Below, in pieces: positions 1 to 11,943 of a stretch of DNA of 64,000 bases. How positions within the stretch are numbered: position 1 is the first letter of the stretch; each line of letters begins with the position of its first letter. The stretch is from contig OZ237760.1 in assembly GCA_965178125.1 (NCBI GenBank), positions 372,001-436,000 on the forward strand. Direction: 5' to 3'. The notes below the pieces were generated by a model. That model saw only the letters and a list, made by a program, of their open reading frames with translations, was not told where the DNA came from and ran no database searches. This stretch comes from Bilabrum cf. latius. Its lineage: Eukaryota. The translations under genes and the position numbers were made by a program.

Positions 1-278
1 GCAACTGCTGTGCACTACGTGTACGTTTGCACAAAGGGAGACTGAAAGACCGATTTTTAAGTCCGAGACGTTTACTGACGGGTGCAAGAGAGCCGCGATC
101 AGGCGGTTTTCGTGCTTTTTGTTGAGAAGAGTGATGGCTGATTGTGATACATGTACGATGTTCGATGATGTACCACCTCTCCCGCGTCGCACGATGTGAT
201 GGATGCTTGGGTGATCGAATACAATTTGGCACCAGCTACACCAAGCAGCAGCGCGCGCGCACCTCATTATAGTCTTGC

Positions 279-2567
279 TCATCGACCAGAGCCGCTCGAG
301 GAGGCAGCACCCGAACCACCTTGTGGGACACGCCCAGCCCCTCCCCCTCTCCCCTCCTCCCCCCCACCCGCAAGGAGGTCAAACACGTCCCACACGATCA
401 CACACCCGTCCTCTCCAACACTCACGACCTGCCTGTCATCAGGACTAAAGTGTACCCCGAGCACTGCCTGCGAGTGCCCCTCACCCACCGCAATGCATCT
501 GGCACTCGTCAGGTCCCACAGGCGAACCGTCGAATCGGTGCCGCCCGTCACCACCCAATCGTGCTCAGAAGCACCCGCGATACAGGTGGCCTCGCCCCGC
601 TCCCCGTGCGCCGCCGGGATCATGGATACCGGCTCCGGATCCCTCAGGTCCCAGAAGGTGACCCGCCGCTCCTGCCCCACCGTGAGCACCAGGCTCTCGT
701 CCCTGGACAGCGCCAGCCCGTGCACGCCCCCCATCCTCTGCGTGTGGTTGGACACCATCCTCTCCTTCTCGAGGTCCCAGCACACGATGCTCTTGTCGCT
801 GCTGCACGTGACCGCGTGCTTCCCGTCACCGTACAGCTCGATCCCCGTCACCCTCCCCGCGTGCTCCCTCATGTCTCCGACCAAAGACCTCGATCGCACG
901 TCCCACAGCCGTAGCTCACCACGGATGCCTCCCGTGACCGCGAACCTCTGGTTGGCAGCCACCTTGGTGGCAGACACGCCGCCTTTGTGCGCGTTTGGAA
1001 TCTCCCAGAGGAAGGCCCCGTCCTCGGCCGAGTGCGACCTGACGATCCCGTCCTCCCACCCGCTGACGATCAGGTCCGGGGAACAAGCCAGGGACAGGGG
1101 GTGTCCGGCCCCCCGGCTGCTAATCACTGCCTCGGCCTCGTACGTGGTCCCGTCCCACACACGGACGGTGTTGTCGTCCCCCGCTGTGACGAACGCGTCG
1201 CTGATGCCGGGCGCGAAGGCCACGGCAACAACCGATGCTGCAGGCTTGCCGGACAGGCCCACGGAAGGATCAAGCTCTTTGCCCGCCACGGCCGAGGCAC
1301 CGCCTTTGCCCACCCCTTCTCCCGCCGCGGCAGATCGTTTCTCGTGCGCTTCCAGAATCACGTCTCTGGGCCCCAGGGCTGGAGGCTTTGTGGCGGTCCT
1401 CGGACCCGTGTCGCGACCCGCGCGAATGACGTCATCGAGCGCAACACGGCACACAACGCTGTTGCAGCAACCAAACAGAACGTCCCCAAAACCGGAACTG
1501 GGTTTCTCCTCCACTACGGGCACGATAGAACTGACACCACCGGGCGCCTCGCACCGCGCCAGCTCCCTGCACACTCCACCGCTGGATTGAACCGACCCCG
1601 AGTGCTGGCTGTGGCAGATCTCCACCGCCACGGCCACATCCACAGCGACCACCGTGCCATCACCGCACCCTGCAAGCAGCACGCCCCTCTCCCCCGCACT
1701 ACCGTGCGATGCCCCTGCAGCACCGTGCGATGCACCCACGTAGCAGAGGCTCATGACGCCTCCGGAGGAGGTAGGAAACCTTCCTATCACCTGCCTGTGC
1801 CTCACTGACACGAGAAGCACCTCCCCGCTGGCAGTGCCGCACGCCAGCAGGCTCCGATCGTCCGTGAGGCACAGCGCGGTGAAATCCCTCGCGCCGGAGT
1901 CGGTGGGCATGGGCAGCTTGCCCACGTCCACATGCCCGGTCAAGGGGTTCAAGGCGTAGACAGAGACGCCCCCGCGACCAGAGAGGCAGAACTGGTACAG
2001 CCCAGTGTCTCTTCTCTTAATGTCTTTCACGAAACCGGCGGCAACGATGGAAGAGGCGGGGGACGGTGACACACGGGACTTCGCGATCACGCACCCAGTC
2101 GCCAAGTCCCAGAAGAGCACCGTTCCGTCGGCGTGACTGCCCACCGTCGCGAGAACCCTCCCGTCATCGGAAAATGCAAGGCATGCCAAACCGTGGTCGT
2201 GCTCTTCAAACCGATAGAGCACCTCTCCTGTGGAGGACGAGGCAGCGCTGCTGCTGCTCTCTCCGGAGCGACGAGTGTCCCATACGACGACGTCTGGCTG
2301 CAACTCGCTCCCTCCAGATGCCAAGATGCCTGGTATTGGAGATGCAGATAGGCATGCGACGGGTGCGCTGTGGCCTCTGAGCATCGTCTGCTCGCCCTTC
2401 CCATCCGCAGCCTCCAGCACAACACAGCTGCCCGCCGGAAACGCCATCGTGGGTATTCTAGATTCTCTACTGGGTGCAATCGTTTGCAATCCGGTCCAAA
2501 TATCGCCGGCAAACCCAATCACATGTTGCAGCTCCAACGCAACGCCGGAATCCTCTGTTGCTGCCAT
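279..2567 (-). CDS. WD40-repeat protein, CFAP52/WDR16-like (cilia/flagella-associated)
   Basis: Single ORF from ATG 2567 to TGA 279. N-terminus LELQHVIGFAG...EQTMLRGHSAPVACL, many GH...WD repeats and C-terminal GHSQAVLGVHFSPDDRQVVSVGEDG resemble CFAP52. No in-frame TAG. Confidence 0.85.
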   Translation of the reverse strand: MAATEDSGVALELQHVIGFAGDIWTGLQTIAPSRESRIPTMAFPAGSCVVLEAADGKGEQTMLRGHSAPVACLSASPIPGILASGGSELQPDVVVWDTRRSGESSSSAASSSTGEVLYRFEEHDHGLACLAFSDDGRVLATVGSHADGTVLFWDLATGCVIAKSRVSPSPASSIVAAGFVKDIKRRDTGLYQFCLSGRGGVSVYALNPLTGHVDVGKLPMPTDSGARDFTALCLTDDRSLLACGTASGEVLLVSVRHRQVIGRFPTSSGGVMSLCYVGASHGAAGASHGSAGERGVLLAGCGDGTVVAVDVAVAVEICHSQHSGSVQSSGGVCRELARCEAPGGVSSIVPVVEEKPSSGFGDVLFGCCNSVVCRVALDDVIRAGRDTGPRTATKPPALGPRDVILEAHEKRSAAAGEGVGKGGASAVAGKELDPSVGLSGKPAASVVAVAFAPGISDAFVTAGDDNTVRVWDGTTYEAEAVISSRGAGHPLSLACSPDLIVSGWEDGIVRSHSAEDGAFLWEIPNAHKGGVSATKVAANQRFAVTGGIRGELRLWDVRSRSLVGDMREHAGRVTGIELYGDGKHAVTCSSDKSIVCWDLEKERMVSNHTQRMGGVHGLALSRDESLVLTVGQERRVTFWDLRDPEPVSMIPAAHGERGEATCIAGASEHDWVVTGGTDSTVRLWDLTSARCIAVGEGHSQAVLGVHFSPDDRQVVSVGEDGCVIVWDVFDLLAGGGEEGRGGGAGRVPQGGSGAASSSGSGR

Positions 2568-2812
2568 CAGCAATCTGAAGCTATGCTTTGCCGGCAATGT
2601 TTACAATAAACGCGGCTCTTGGTGCCCGCTACGGTTTAATTCTAGAGTGGAAACGTATATCAATGTCAATTGATCCCCTATATTGGGGCGTTCGTGCTTA
2701 AAGATTTGCTAAAAGATGCAAATATGTCGCCCAAGCCGTTGGGTGCAGTCGAACCTTCGATTGCGGTTCGCTCAAGGCAGCCGGGGCCGGCGCCGCACCC
2801 CCAGCATGATCC

Positions 2813-4189
2813 TCACGAGCTCCACTTCAAGGACGCTGACATGGTAGACACCTCTACCTCCACGGCCACGTTGGAGAACTCCCGCCGGTACACGCTCGCA
2901 AGGGGGTCAGTGGTGGCCTGATCCGCCGGACCCCCTATCTCGCCCACCGCTGTCCCATTCCTCCAGTACCGGATCGCGGGCCCGGATGGCACCCCGGGAG
3001 ACTTCGCAAACACCGGGAACCAATCGGCGGGTGCAGAGCACTGCCCCCGGGGGCATGGATACACGCCAGCGTCCTGGTTGTACCACCAGTTGTAGCTCAG
3101 GTACGTCCTCTCGGTTGCAACCACCATCCACAGGCCAGCAGCCCATTCGGAGTATTCCAACGCAGCATCGGCCTGCGCGCCGAACCCCTTGCCGTTGGGG
3201 TTGTTGGGTCCCTGCCAGCTGGGCCCATATCCGTTGATGGGCTGCAGCACTGGGCCGGGCCACCCCCTGAACAGGATGCTCTTCTTCTGCTCGCTGGCGG
3301 CGCGCCACATCTGGGTGAGCAGCCAGGACACGCGGGTGGCGTTCAGGGTGGACGTGGCCGGCGGGTACGGCGACCCCGGGGTATCGGCGCCGCGCACAGC
3401 GGAACCTGCTACAGGCTCCGAGTCGTCACCTCGCAGCACCTGCTCAAAGGCGCCCACGTGCTCCGCGCACGCGCCGTCCACGTGCGGCAGAAACTCAGTG
3501 TTTCCATGTGGAATCTGGGGGTACGTGCTCAACAGGTTACCGAAGACCTGCCTGCCCCCAGAAGCAGCTCGGAGCTGATCCAGCATGCGCATCTTGCCCT
3601 CTGCGACCTCCTCGTTTCGCTCCTCCGAGGTGCCCGCAAAGTTCGGCCAGCCGGCAGTGTCCGCAAAGTACCCGTCAGCGTGCTTAACCCCAGCTGCTAC
3701 CTTGACCCACCAGTCTCTCTCGCTTTGGACCGAGCTGTTCAGCTTGGGGCCAACTGCATTGGGCACGGGCAGACCAGAATCATTTCGAGCCCACCACTCG
3801 GGGTGCGCCTCCACGACGCTCGATTCTTTGGCGTAGCAGCCCCGGTTCACCTAGTCAGTTGACCAGTAAAATAGAACCTTTAGGTCTGGGTTCACTTGCT
3901 TCATCTTTGCGGCCCAGTACTCGAACTGGTTGATGGTATCATTTCGCGGGTTCGCTAGGCACTTTTCCAAGCTAACGATGGCGTAGTTATTCGCAACCCA
4001 TTCCAGGTTTTCATCAGTCAACGTACCAGACCCTGTTTTGTTTTCACCACCCTTGGTGAAGGTAAAATCGACCCACATGGCTTTCTGGATCGGATCGTCG
4101 CCAGACATGACCGTATGACTGAAATCTGCATGCGTCTGGCTCAAGAGTCCGAGGGTAACAATCGGTAGAAGTGCAGCACTAAGGCGCAT
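2813..4189 (-). CDS. Secreted putative glycoside hydrolase (GHL15-like)
   Basis: Signal peptide MRLSAALLPIVTLGLLSQTHA. Motifs IVSLEKC, KQVNPDLKVLFYW and DGYFAD. Two track ORFs join in frame through TAG 3851-3853. Ends TGA. Family assignment is tentative. Confidence 0.65.
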
Positions 4190-4384
4190 GTTTGTGTCTT
4201 CAGAGCAAAGTTCAAATAGATACCGCGATGCGAAGCTCGCTATGGGCCACGATCTATCGTGCGGCGCAAACATGGATTTCTGGCACGGCGCCGCGCCAAT
4301 GGGGTGCCGCTTGCGGAACCAATCGTCATGCAGCTGGATCCCTATGCAAATATATTCTCGCCAACGCAACACTCTACAATTTTT

Positions 4385-6264
4385 TCACACCCCTTGTTCC
4401 TTCGTGGAGGACACGAACGCGGCCTGCTCGTCGAGCACAGCCTGCTGCACCTACTGCTGGAAGTAGTGCTTCATACTCTGCCGAACCCGCTCAAGCTGCT
4501 GCAGCTGCTCCTCGCTTCCATCCTGCATGAGCCCATTGAGCATCACAAGAGAGACGTCCTTGGACATCGCACTCTGTGCCACTTGCATGAGATCATGCGC
4601 CGTGACGGCCTGGATGCGCTCGCACAGCTCTGCTCCTTCTATCCTCCGTCCCAGCGTGCTCGTCTGCCTCCCGATGTCTTCGCACAGCACTCCCCTTGTT
4701 TCAAGATTCATCATGATACTGGACTACAGCTAGTTCTTGGCGCGCGAGAGCTCCACCTCGCTCACCTCTGTCTGCGCGAACGAGACGAAATTCCCGGCGA
4801 GCACCTCGAGCAGGTGCTCCCAATTGGTGCTCTCGGCAGATCCGTAGCAGCCAAGCAGACCCTGGTCCGCGTACTAGAGCGAGAACGCATTCGCGGCGTC
4901 TACCCACCCATTCTAAGCCAAAATTTCCCTGTAGAATCTCGTGTACATCCCCTTGCCCGGGCCGCCTGCGGAGAAGCTGGCGCCGCCGCCGGCTAGCGTG
5001 TCGAGCAGGCACGTTGCAATCACCTCAGAGTTGGCCCAGCCGACAGCCGGGAAGGCAAACGCGACGTGCACCATGGGTGGCCCCAGCTGCACCTCTTCCA
5101 CGAACTGACCCCCCGCCACGCCCCCATGATACTCCGTGGAAGGCTCGAGCAAAGACGTGGCCAGCACCCCGGAGCTGGAGCCTCGGGCCATGTCGCCAAA
5201 CTTGTCCTTAGCTAGTCCGACCATGGCGTCGTGGTCCACTCCGGAAGCAGCAAGCACCATTCTTTCCGGGGTGTGGGTTGCCTCTAGGTACCCCAGGGCT
5301 TGTTCTCTGGTGATGGACGCGATTTCCTCCGGCTCGGCGTACTGGCTCGTGCCTAGTGGGGTGCCCGGCCCGTACGTGGCAGAGTGAAGGAGCTCCTGGA
5401 TGTACGCGCCGGCATTCTTCTTCACTTCTTCCGTGGTCACGTTCGCGTCGGCCTGCGAGGGAACAGCAGCGGCAAGAGGGTTCATGCTTTCGTTGCGAGA
5501 GGGAGACCATCGAGCGAGGATTGAGCGGAAGCCGAGTGCGCGCCTTGACGCGCATCCTTGCGAAGCTGCGCGCTCCCAGGATAAATAAATTGTTGTCTTA
5601 CCTTCGACTGGGCAAATTCATCTTCTTTGAACAGCGGATTCCGCACAGTTTCAGCAACCAAATCGACGGCCACCGGAAGGGCAGTCCGGATCGCATCGGC
5701 CCGATAGGTCAGCACTTCTCTGGAGTTAACGGACTCCACAGTGATGCCCTAGAGCTAGCCAAGTTTTTCGATTTCATCCGATGATCGGGATTTGGATGAC
5801 TTGAACGCAGCCGCCTCGAGCACGTGCGACACGCCTCGCTGCGCAGGCAACTCGTACATGCTGCCAGCTTTTGCGAATAAACCGACCGCTGCAACCTGCC
5901 TGTAGGTTTCCTATGTTGCTACAATAAGTCCATTGTCTAACGTCGTCATCTGAGTGACCGGAGTTGGCAAGTTTCGCGCTGGTTTCAGCGTCGGCAATCT
6001 GCAAGGAACGGCAACTGGTGCATGCAAGTCAGTTCAGTGAGCGCAGCCGGCCCATACTCTCGCATGGCATAGAATCTGACAAACAGAGACTGGTTAGCCC
6101 GGAAAGTTTTATTCTTGGTGGACGACTCACCCCGCTGGTTCCTTGAAATCAATACTTGTAGACAACCTCGCGACCGAGCAGCCCAGATTCTCTCTACCAA
6201 GGCACGACTGGCGGGTACCGCGCCAAGCCAAGGATCCTAATCGACTAGACCAGCGTTTCATCAT
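4385..6264 (-). CDS. PMPCA: Mitochondrial processing peptidase alpha subunit (M16)
   Basis: Arg-rich presequence, TTLDNGLIVATQ, AGSMYE, glycine-rich loop GGGASFSAGGPGKGMY, and ELSRAKNQLQSSIMMNLE. Introns 5999-6130 and 5453-5601. Eight in-frame TAG (5911, 5755, 5749, 4913, 4874, 4730, 4724, 4451). Ends TGA. Confidence 0.93.
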
Positions 6265-6532
6265 ACCTTACTGGGTACTCCCTGAGTGTCTGGACGGGTG
6301 GCGCATCCGCTGATCAGCAAATCGTGAAAGTGCACGCTACCAGCCGTCGACGTGTGGGCGAGCAAAATAGGAACAACCTATCGACAGGCATTTACACGCC
6401 TGGCTAGTACGAAATCAATCGCATTTTGTTGATAAAAACGATTTGCTGAACCTGGGATCGGCGAGGTTTACTTGTCATACCTTACGTAGGTCCGGCAGGC
6501 TGGAATTCAACAGGCGAAACGGAATCTTGGTC

Positions 6533-9082
6533 ATGCCTGGCAATGGTGGCAAGAAAAACGGACGAAAGCGCAAAGCTAAGCCAGCAAGTGCTTCCCAGGG
6601 TGTTTGTGAGTTTGTACCGATTCTTGCGTTTCCAGAAGTCGCTTGGGACTCTCGTAGATTCCGGCGATCTTTCCGTGATTGGAACGCTATGCTTGTCTGC
6701 ACATACTGGATCAACGGGTGAACCACCCGCACGCTTACTTCTGCTATTGCATACCACGTATCGCACTGGTCCACACTAGCACTGTGGCGAAGCCGTGGCT
6801 CGCGGGTATTGGTTCAGATTCATTTGGTCAAACGGCTGGATCCATACTTGGCCACTCAATGCATCGCAGCGGGACGGTGGACGCAGAAAGAACACGAGGC
6901 ATTTGTCCGAGGCCTTCGCGAGTATGGGAGAGAGTGGAAGATGGTGCAAAACTACGTGAGCAACGACTTCGTGGGGCTGCCGAGGTCACTGTGTCGCCAG
7001 CACCGCCCTCATGCAACCGACATGGATGCGTGCTTTTCCCTAGCTCTTTCGCAGGTCCCCACTCGAACCGTCGTTTAGATCCGCACACACGCACAAAAGT
7101 ATTTCCTGAAGCTGGTCAAGTAGTACGGGGACGAGACGGCAGAGCTCGCGTTCAGGGGCGGCAACGCCCCTGTCACAGACATGGGCATGCCTGGCTCAGG
7201 CGGGGGTGGGACGGCGCAAGGCACCTCGCGGGGACCCTCATCGGCTCGCAAAGGTAGCGATAGCAGTGGGGGTGGGCGGACTCGCTCTGGCTCTGTCCCG
7301 TCGGGTCACGACGAGGACGACGAGGAGGACGAGATGGGGGGGTCAGCTACGGATGGTGAGGGTGACGATGGCGGGTCTTCTTCGTCGAGGAGGAGGACTG
7401 GCCGCCGGTCGAGGAGGACACAATGGGGCCCCGGGGGAGTCCCACGCAAGCGAGGCAGGGGCAGGTCCTCGACGGGCGATGGGGAGGACGAGGGCGAGCA
7501 TGATGATGATGAGGAGGAGCAGGAGGGTGACACTGGAGAAGGCAGCGAGGACTCCTCCCCAGCAGCGGGCAGCTCCCGTCGCAGCGGCAGCAGATATCGA
7601 AGCCGGAAGAGAGCCCGGAAGGAGCTGGGGCGGGCCGGTAGAGTGCCACGGGGCGACAGCGAGGAGGGGGAGGAGGACGAGGACGAGGATGAGGAGGAGG
7701 AGGGGTCAGGCGGCGAGGGCAGGCCAACTGCCGCGAGTGGGCGGCGGGGCCGCAGGACTGGGCGCTTCTCCTCATCGTCGCGTGGCTCGCGGCGGCGGGA
7801 GGCTGCCTCCAGACTTCTGGGGCAGCACCGGGGGAACAACGGGTCGGGTGCCAGCCCCGGTTCCCTGGAGTCGTCCCCAATGGGCGCGGGCGGCCGCAGC
7901 GGCAGGGGTCGGCCCTTCCCAGCGGGTGGGGGCAGCAAGGGCGGGCCCAGGTCACGGTCTGACAGCGCCGCCTCGGTGCAGCCCCCACGGCGCTCCCCTG
8001 ACGGGCAGCCCATCCCCCACACGCCCAGGATGGTTGAGGCAGCGTTCAGCCTGGTGGCCCACAAGACCATGACCAACCTCAACAACGGGAAGAAGACGCC
8101 CCGCACCATCGAGGCGGCAAACTGGATCGCGGCTATTGGGCAAAGCCACGCGCAGGCCCAGGGAGTACGCGCCTAGCAACAGGCAGGCATGGGCAGGGGC
8201 AGGGGCAGGGGCATTGCTGTGTCGACCCACGGACAGGGCGCGCCGAGCTCCCAGGGAACAACACCGCACGGCTCGCCGGGCCAGGGTCCCATGCTAGCAG
8301 CAGGGCCGCATGGGGGCAGGCCTCCCTTGCCGCACGTGTCCGCGCAGGGCCCCGCCATCCATCCAGTGGCGAGCACGGCCCCTTCCGGCGCCCCGCCCAC
8401 GCTGCCTCCAAGGCAGCTGGGGCACCCGCCCAGAATAGCACAACAGCAGCAGCAGCGCGCTGCAGGCGGCGGGCAGCCTGGTGCGGCGGCAGGATCCCAC
8501 CCCCAAGGGTGGCGGGTGCCCCCCGGGATAGGCCAGGGAACAGACGCGACTCGCTCTCATGTCACCTTCCGGCGGTTTGCACCACCAGGCACTGCTATCG
8601 CCTCGGGGTCCTCTTCAGTGGTACCTTCGGCCGCGACATCATCGGGAGTCGCGGGGACAGCAAGGATGGGCATGCCGGGGTCTGCTTGGGGGGCGGCGGC
8701 GCAGCAGCTTGCAGCCAGACAGCAGTAGCAGCAGCAGTAGCATGCTGGTCAGTCCAGTGGACGGTCGCCAGACCGCCAGCCCCAGGCCGCGCCGACCGGT
8801 AGGTCGAGCAGCAATTCGCAGTCGTCCTCTTCTTCATCTTCTTCGTCGTCTTCGTCTTCTTCGTCGTCTTCGTCGTCTTCGTCTTCTTCTACATCCTCTT
8901 CGTCTAGTGCCACGGCTCCCACGTAGGCGGTGGTGCTTGCCAGTGCATCGGATGGCCCAAGCAGCAGCCAAGCCGCAGGGTAGGGGTAGGGGGCCGGGGA
9001 ACAGGCAGAGCATGAAGCGAAGCAGCCGGCAGCCTCTACAGGCATGATGCCGCCGCCGCCGTCATCAAGCGTAACCACGTAA
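6533..9082 (+). CDS. SHAQKYF-class single-repeat MYB transcription factor with long low-complexity tail
   Basis: GRWTQKEHEAFVRGLREYGREWKMVQNY/VPTRTVV(TAG)IRTHAQKYF. Introns 6606-6869 and 6956-7054. Eight in-frame TAG. Ends TAA 9080-9082. Confidence 0.9.
8822..8906 (+). repeat. TCT/TCG trinucleotide tract encoding poly-Ser in the MYB gene
   Basis: tcgtcctcttcttcatcttcttcgtcgtcttcg... is in frame with the MYB tail. Confidence 0.8.
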
Positions 9083-9245
9083 CTGACGGGCGCCGTGTAA
9101 GGTCACAACGCAGAAATCCAATGGGTGGTACGGGTACGGTTCGGTTCGGCGCGTTGTGATTCATGCGCGTGACCTTTTGTTGTATATCCATACCTTTGAT
9201 GAAAGGGTTGCTTTCTTGCATTCATTGACTTTTGGTAAGTAGTGT

Positions 9246-11778
9246 TCACTGCAGGCCAACTTCATCACCGCCGGTGGTTGCCCATCGCGGCACATCCTCG
9301 GAACTTCCCGAGGATCTGCCTCCCATTCCGGCCATTGATAGCCCCCCAGGGCTGGCCCCAGTCACCAGATCCCCGTCAACCCCACCTGCGCCACCGAGTA
9401 GCCCACCCGACAAGCTCACCCGACCCGCACCCGTCGCTCCCGGCGCAGCTGCACCGGCCCCTGCCGCTAGCAAAGCGTCCCCCTCCCGCGCCCCAAGCCC
9501 ACTGACGCCCCCCGACAGATCCTCCTGCTTCTTCTTCCACGCAATAACCCCCAGCTTGGAGTTATGAATGCCGTATAGGACGTACAAGGCCATGCCTAGC
9601 GCCGTCCACACGACTAGCCTGAGCCATGCGTCTGCCTGGATGCCCGCCAGCATCACCATGTTCACGAACATTCCTGCCAGGGGAACCCAGGGTACAAGCG
9701 GACAAACGAACGTCCGCGGAATGTTTTCGCCAGGCGTGGGCCAGCACGCGATCCAGCATGCCACCACGAGCGCGAGCACAGCCGGGGGCCAGATGGCCCA
9801 GATGCTCCAACCGAGCTGCAGGCCAAGCCCGCTCAGAAAAGCAAGGGCGCAAAACAGCCCGAGCTGGCCCATTACAACCCCCCCATTGGGAGCACCCGGT
9901 GCTGCGCAGCACACCACGCACCCTGCACCAAACTCGCCGAACCACCCATCCAGGTCGACCTGCACGCTCACCTGCACATGCTGCGCATCCGCGTCGGACA
10001 CGTGGGGCCCCACTGCGGCACCCTCCTGTTCCCTAGAGTACTTCCTCTCCTCTGACCCGCTGTCACCTTCGTCGCGAAGTCCCCTGCCCAGTCTCGTCCC
10101 CTGCCTCTTGCTGCGGCCACCCCCGACTTCCTCCGACAGCGACACGTGCTTGCCATCCGCATCGCCGCTTCCACTACCAGGGAGCTCCCCGCTGCCGCTG
10201 CCGCTACCCGAGGACCGACTCGGAGCCGAATAGCTTGCGCTGCGCCGCTGGTCATCGCCGAGAGCCCCGCCCCCTCCCTCCTGGTGCTCCCCTTCTCCCC
10301 CTTCGCCGAGAGCCCCCTGCGAGCGCCCCGCCCGCACCGCGGAAGCAACGGCCCGCCGCGCCTCTGCCGCCCGTCTCTTTGCCGCTGGATCCTCCACGTA
10401 CCGCAGCAGGATCACCCCCGCGTCCACCATGGAGAATGCAAGCAGAGTACCGATGGAAATCGCATCCGCGAGAGCTTCCAGCGACACACACAGGGCTATC
10501 GCCGCAGTGAATGCGCCGGTGATGAGCGTGCCCTCCAGGGGCACCCCCTTGTTGTTCAAATTCTTGAACAACGGGAACAGCAGCCCGTCACTGGCCATCC
10601 GATAGAAGATTCTGGGCTGTCCCAGCAGGCAGGTGAACGTGGCGGCCGTCAGCCCGAACAGGCTGCCAACGTTAATCACCCAGCTGGCCCACACCATCCC
10701 CACGTGGTCAAAGGCCCACGCCAGAGGGGCGGGCTGGTCAGCCAGCGAGGTGAACGGAGCCATGGCGGTAACGACCAGGGTCACGCTCACGTAAACGCCG
10801 GCGGCAATTCCCAGCGAGGAGAGGATGCCGATGGGCATGTCCCTCTGCGGGTTCTTGACCTCTTCTGCCATGGACGAGCACATCTCGAAACCCAGGAAGG
10901 AGAAAAACACGAGCCCCGCGCCCTGCACGACGCTTCCAGCCCCGTAGGGTGCATAGCTGTCCTCCTCCACCGTCCAGTTCCCAGCATCCGCCCGGAAGCT
11001 GCCGGCGACCACCACCAGTGCCAGCACCGCGATGTTGATCGCAGTCACCACGATGTTGAACGTGGAAGACTCGCTGACACCAAGCAGCATGATCAGGGAA
11101 CACGCAATGACGATGAACCCAGCCAGGGCAGAGAAGCTGAGCACCTCACCGTTGCCCGCGAGAGGCATCCCAAACAGCCACGAGGGCACCGCCGACTGGT
11201 GCACGCCGGCGATGCGAGCTGCTAGTGCGGCCATGTAGTCGGCCCACGAACGGGCGATTGCGGCAGCAGAAATTGCGTATTCTAGCGTCAGATTGGCTCC
11301 GATGAACCAAGCGGCAAGCTCTCCTGCGATGGTTGGGACAAGTAAGAGGTGGGTTTTGGAGCACGTGAGCAAGCCCTCGAGTAGGTGCGAACCGCCCCCG
11401 CCCCCAAGCCCTGCGACCGACTCGGCGGCAATGCACCTTACCAAAGGAAGTGTACGCATACGTGTAGGCACTGCCCGCCACGGGACACCTGGACGCGAAC
11501 TCTGAGTATGCCATCCCCGTGAATGCGCAAGCTAGTGTCCCGAGGGCAAACGACACCGAAAGGGCAGGGCCCGCGACTTCAACTCCCGGTCCTATCAAGG
11601 AATAAATACCGGCCCCAACAGTGCAACCCACACCGTATCCAATCAGATCCAGCACGCCCAGCTTTTTCTGCAAACCATCCGCGGCCGGCTCCGACTTGCT
11701 CTGGTCCACCGCGCTGTGAAAAGTCTGCCGCCGGGTTAGAGCATCGAATGAAAATGCATCCCAGAAAGTTCGCTGCAT
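9246..11778 (-). CDS. Cationic amino acid transporter (APC superfamily, CAT/SLC7-like)
   Basis: GVGCTVGAGIY, YSEFASRCPVAGSAYTYAYTSFG/ELAAW, FFSFLGFE, EEVKNPQRDMPIGI, QPRIFYRMASDGLL, FVCPLVPWVP and YGIHNS. Intron 11324-11441. Ends TGA. Confidence 0.93.
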
Positions 11779-11943
11779 CCTGGGGCCACAAAAGAGCCCG
11801 CTGTGTGTCCTGTTGACAACAAAATGCCTCACACCTAGCCAGATGATCCGATCGATTTGCACATTCGGGGAAACAGCGATCGCGGGTATGTCGTACTCTT
11901 CGCCACTTAAGCTACCCAATATAGCCACCTAGTGGCTCATACA

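Noticed and set aside
196-1590. Long antisense or alternate-frame ORFs (e.g. 196-1590, 10146-11225, 28453-29727, 56995-58074)
   Set aside because: They are shadows of real genes in GC-rich DNA, have no recognisable motifs and fully overlap well-supported CDSs.
6606-6869. Hidden micro-exon in the unusually long (264 nt) first MYB intron
   Set aside because: I could not find a convincing internal AG-exon-GT that keeps the frame. RNA-seq would be needed.
7076-7078. TAG as pyrrolysine, Leu, Glu or Tyr
   Set aside because: Diagnostic positions and the poly-Q and (QG)n contexts all indicate Gln, and there is no Pyl context in this eukaryotic sequence.
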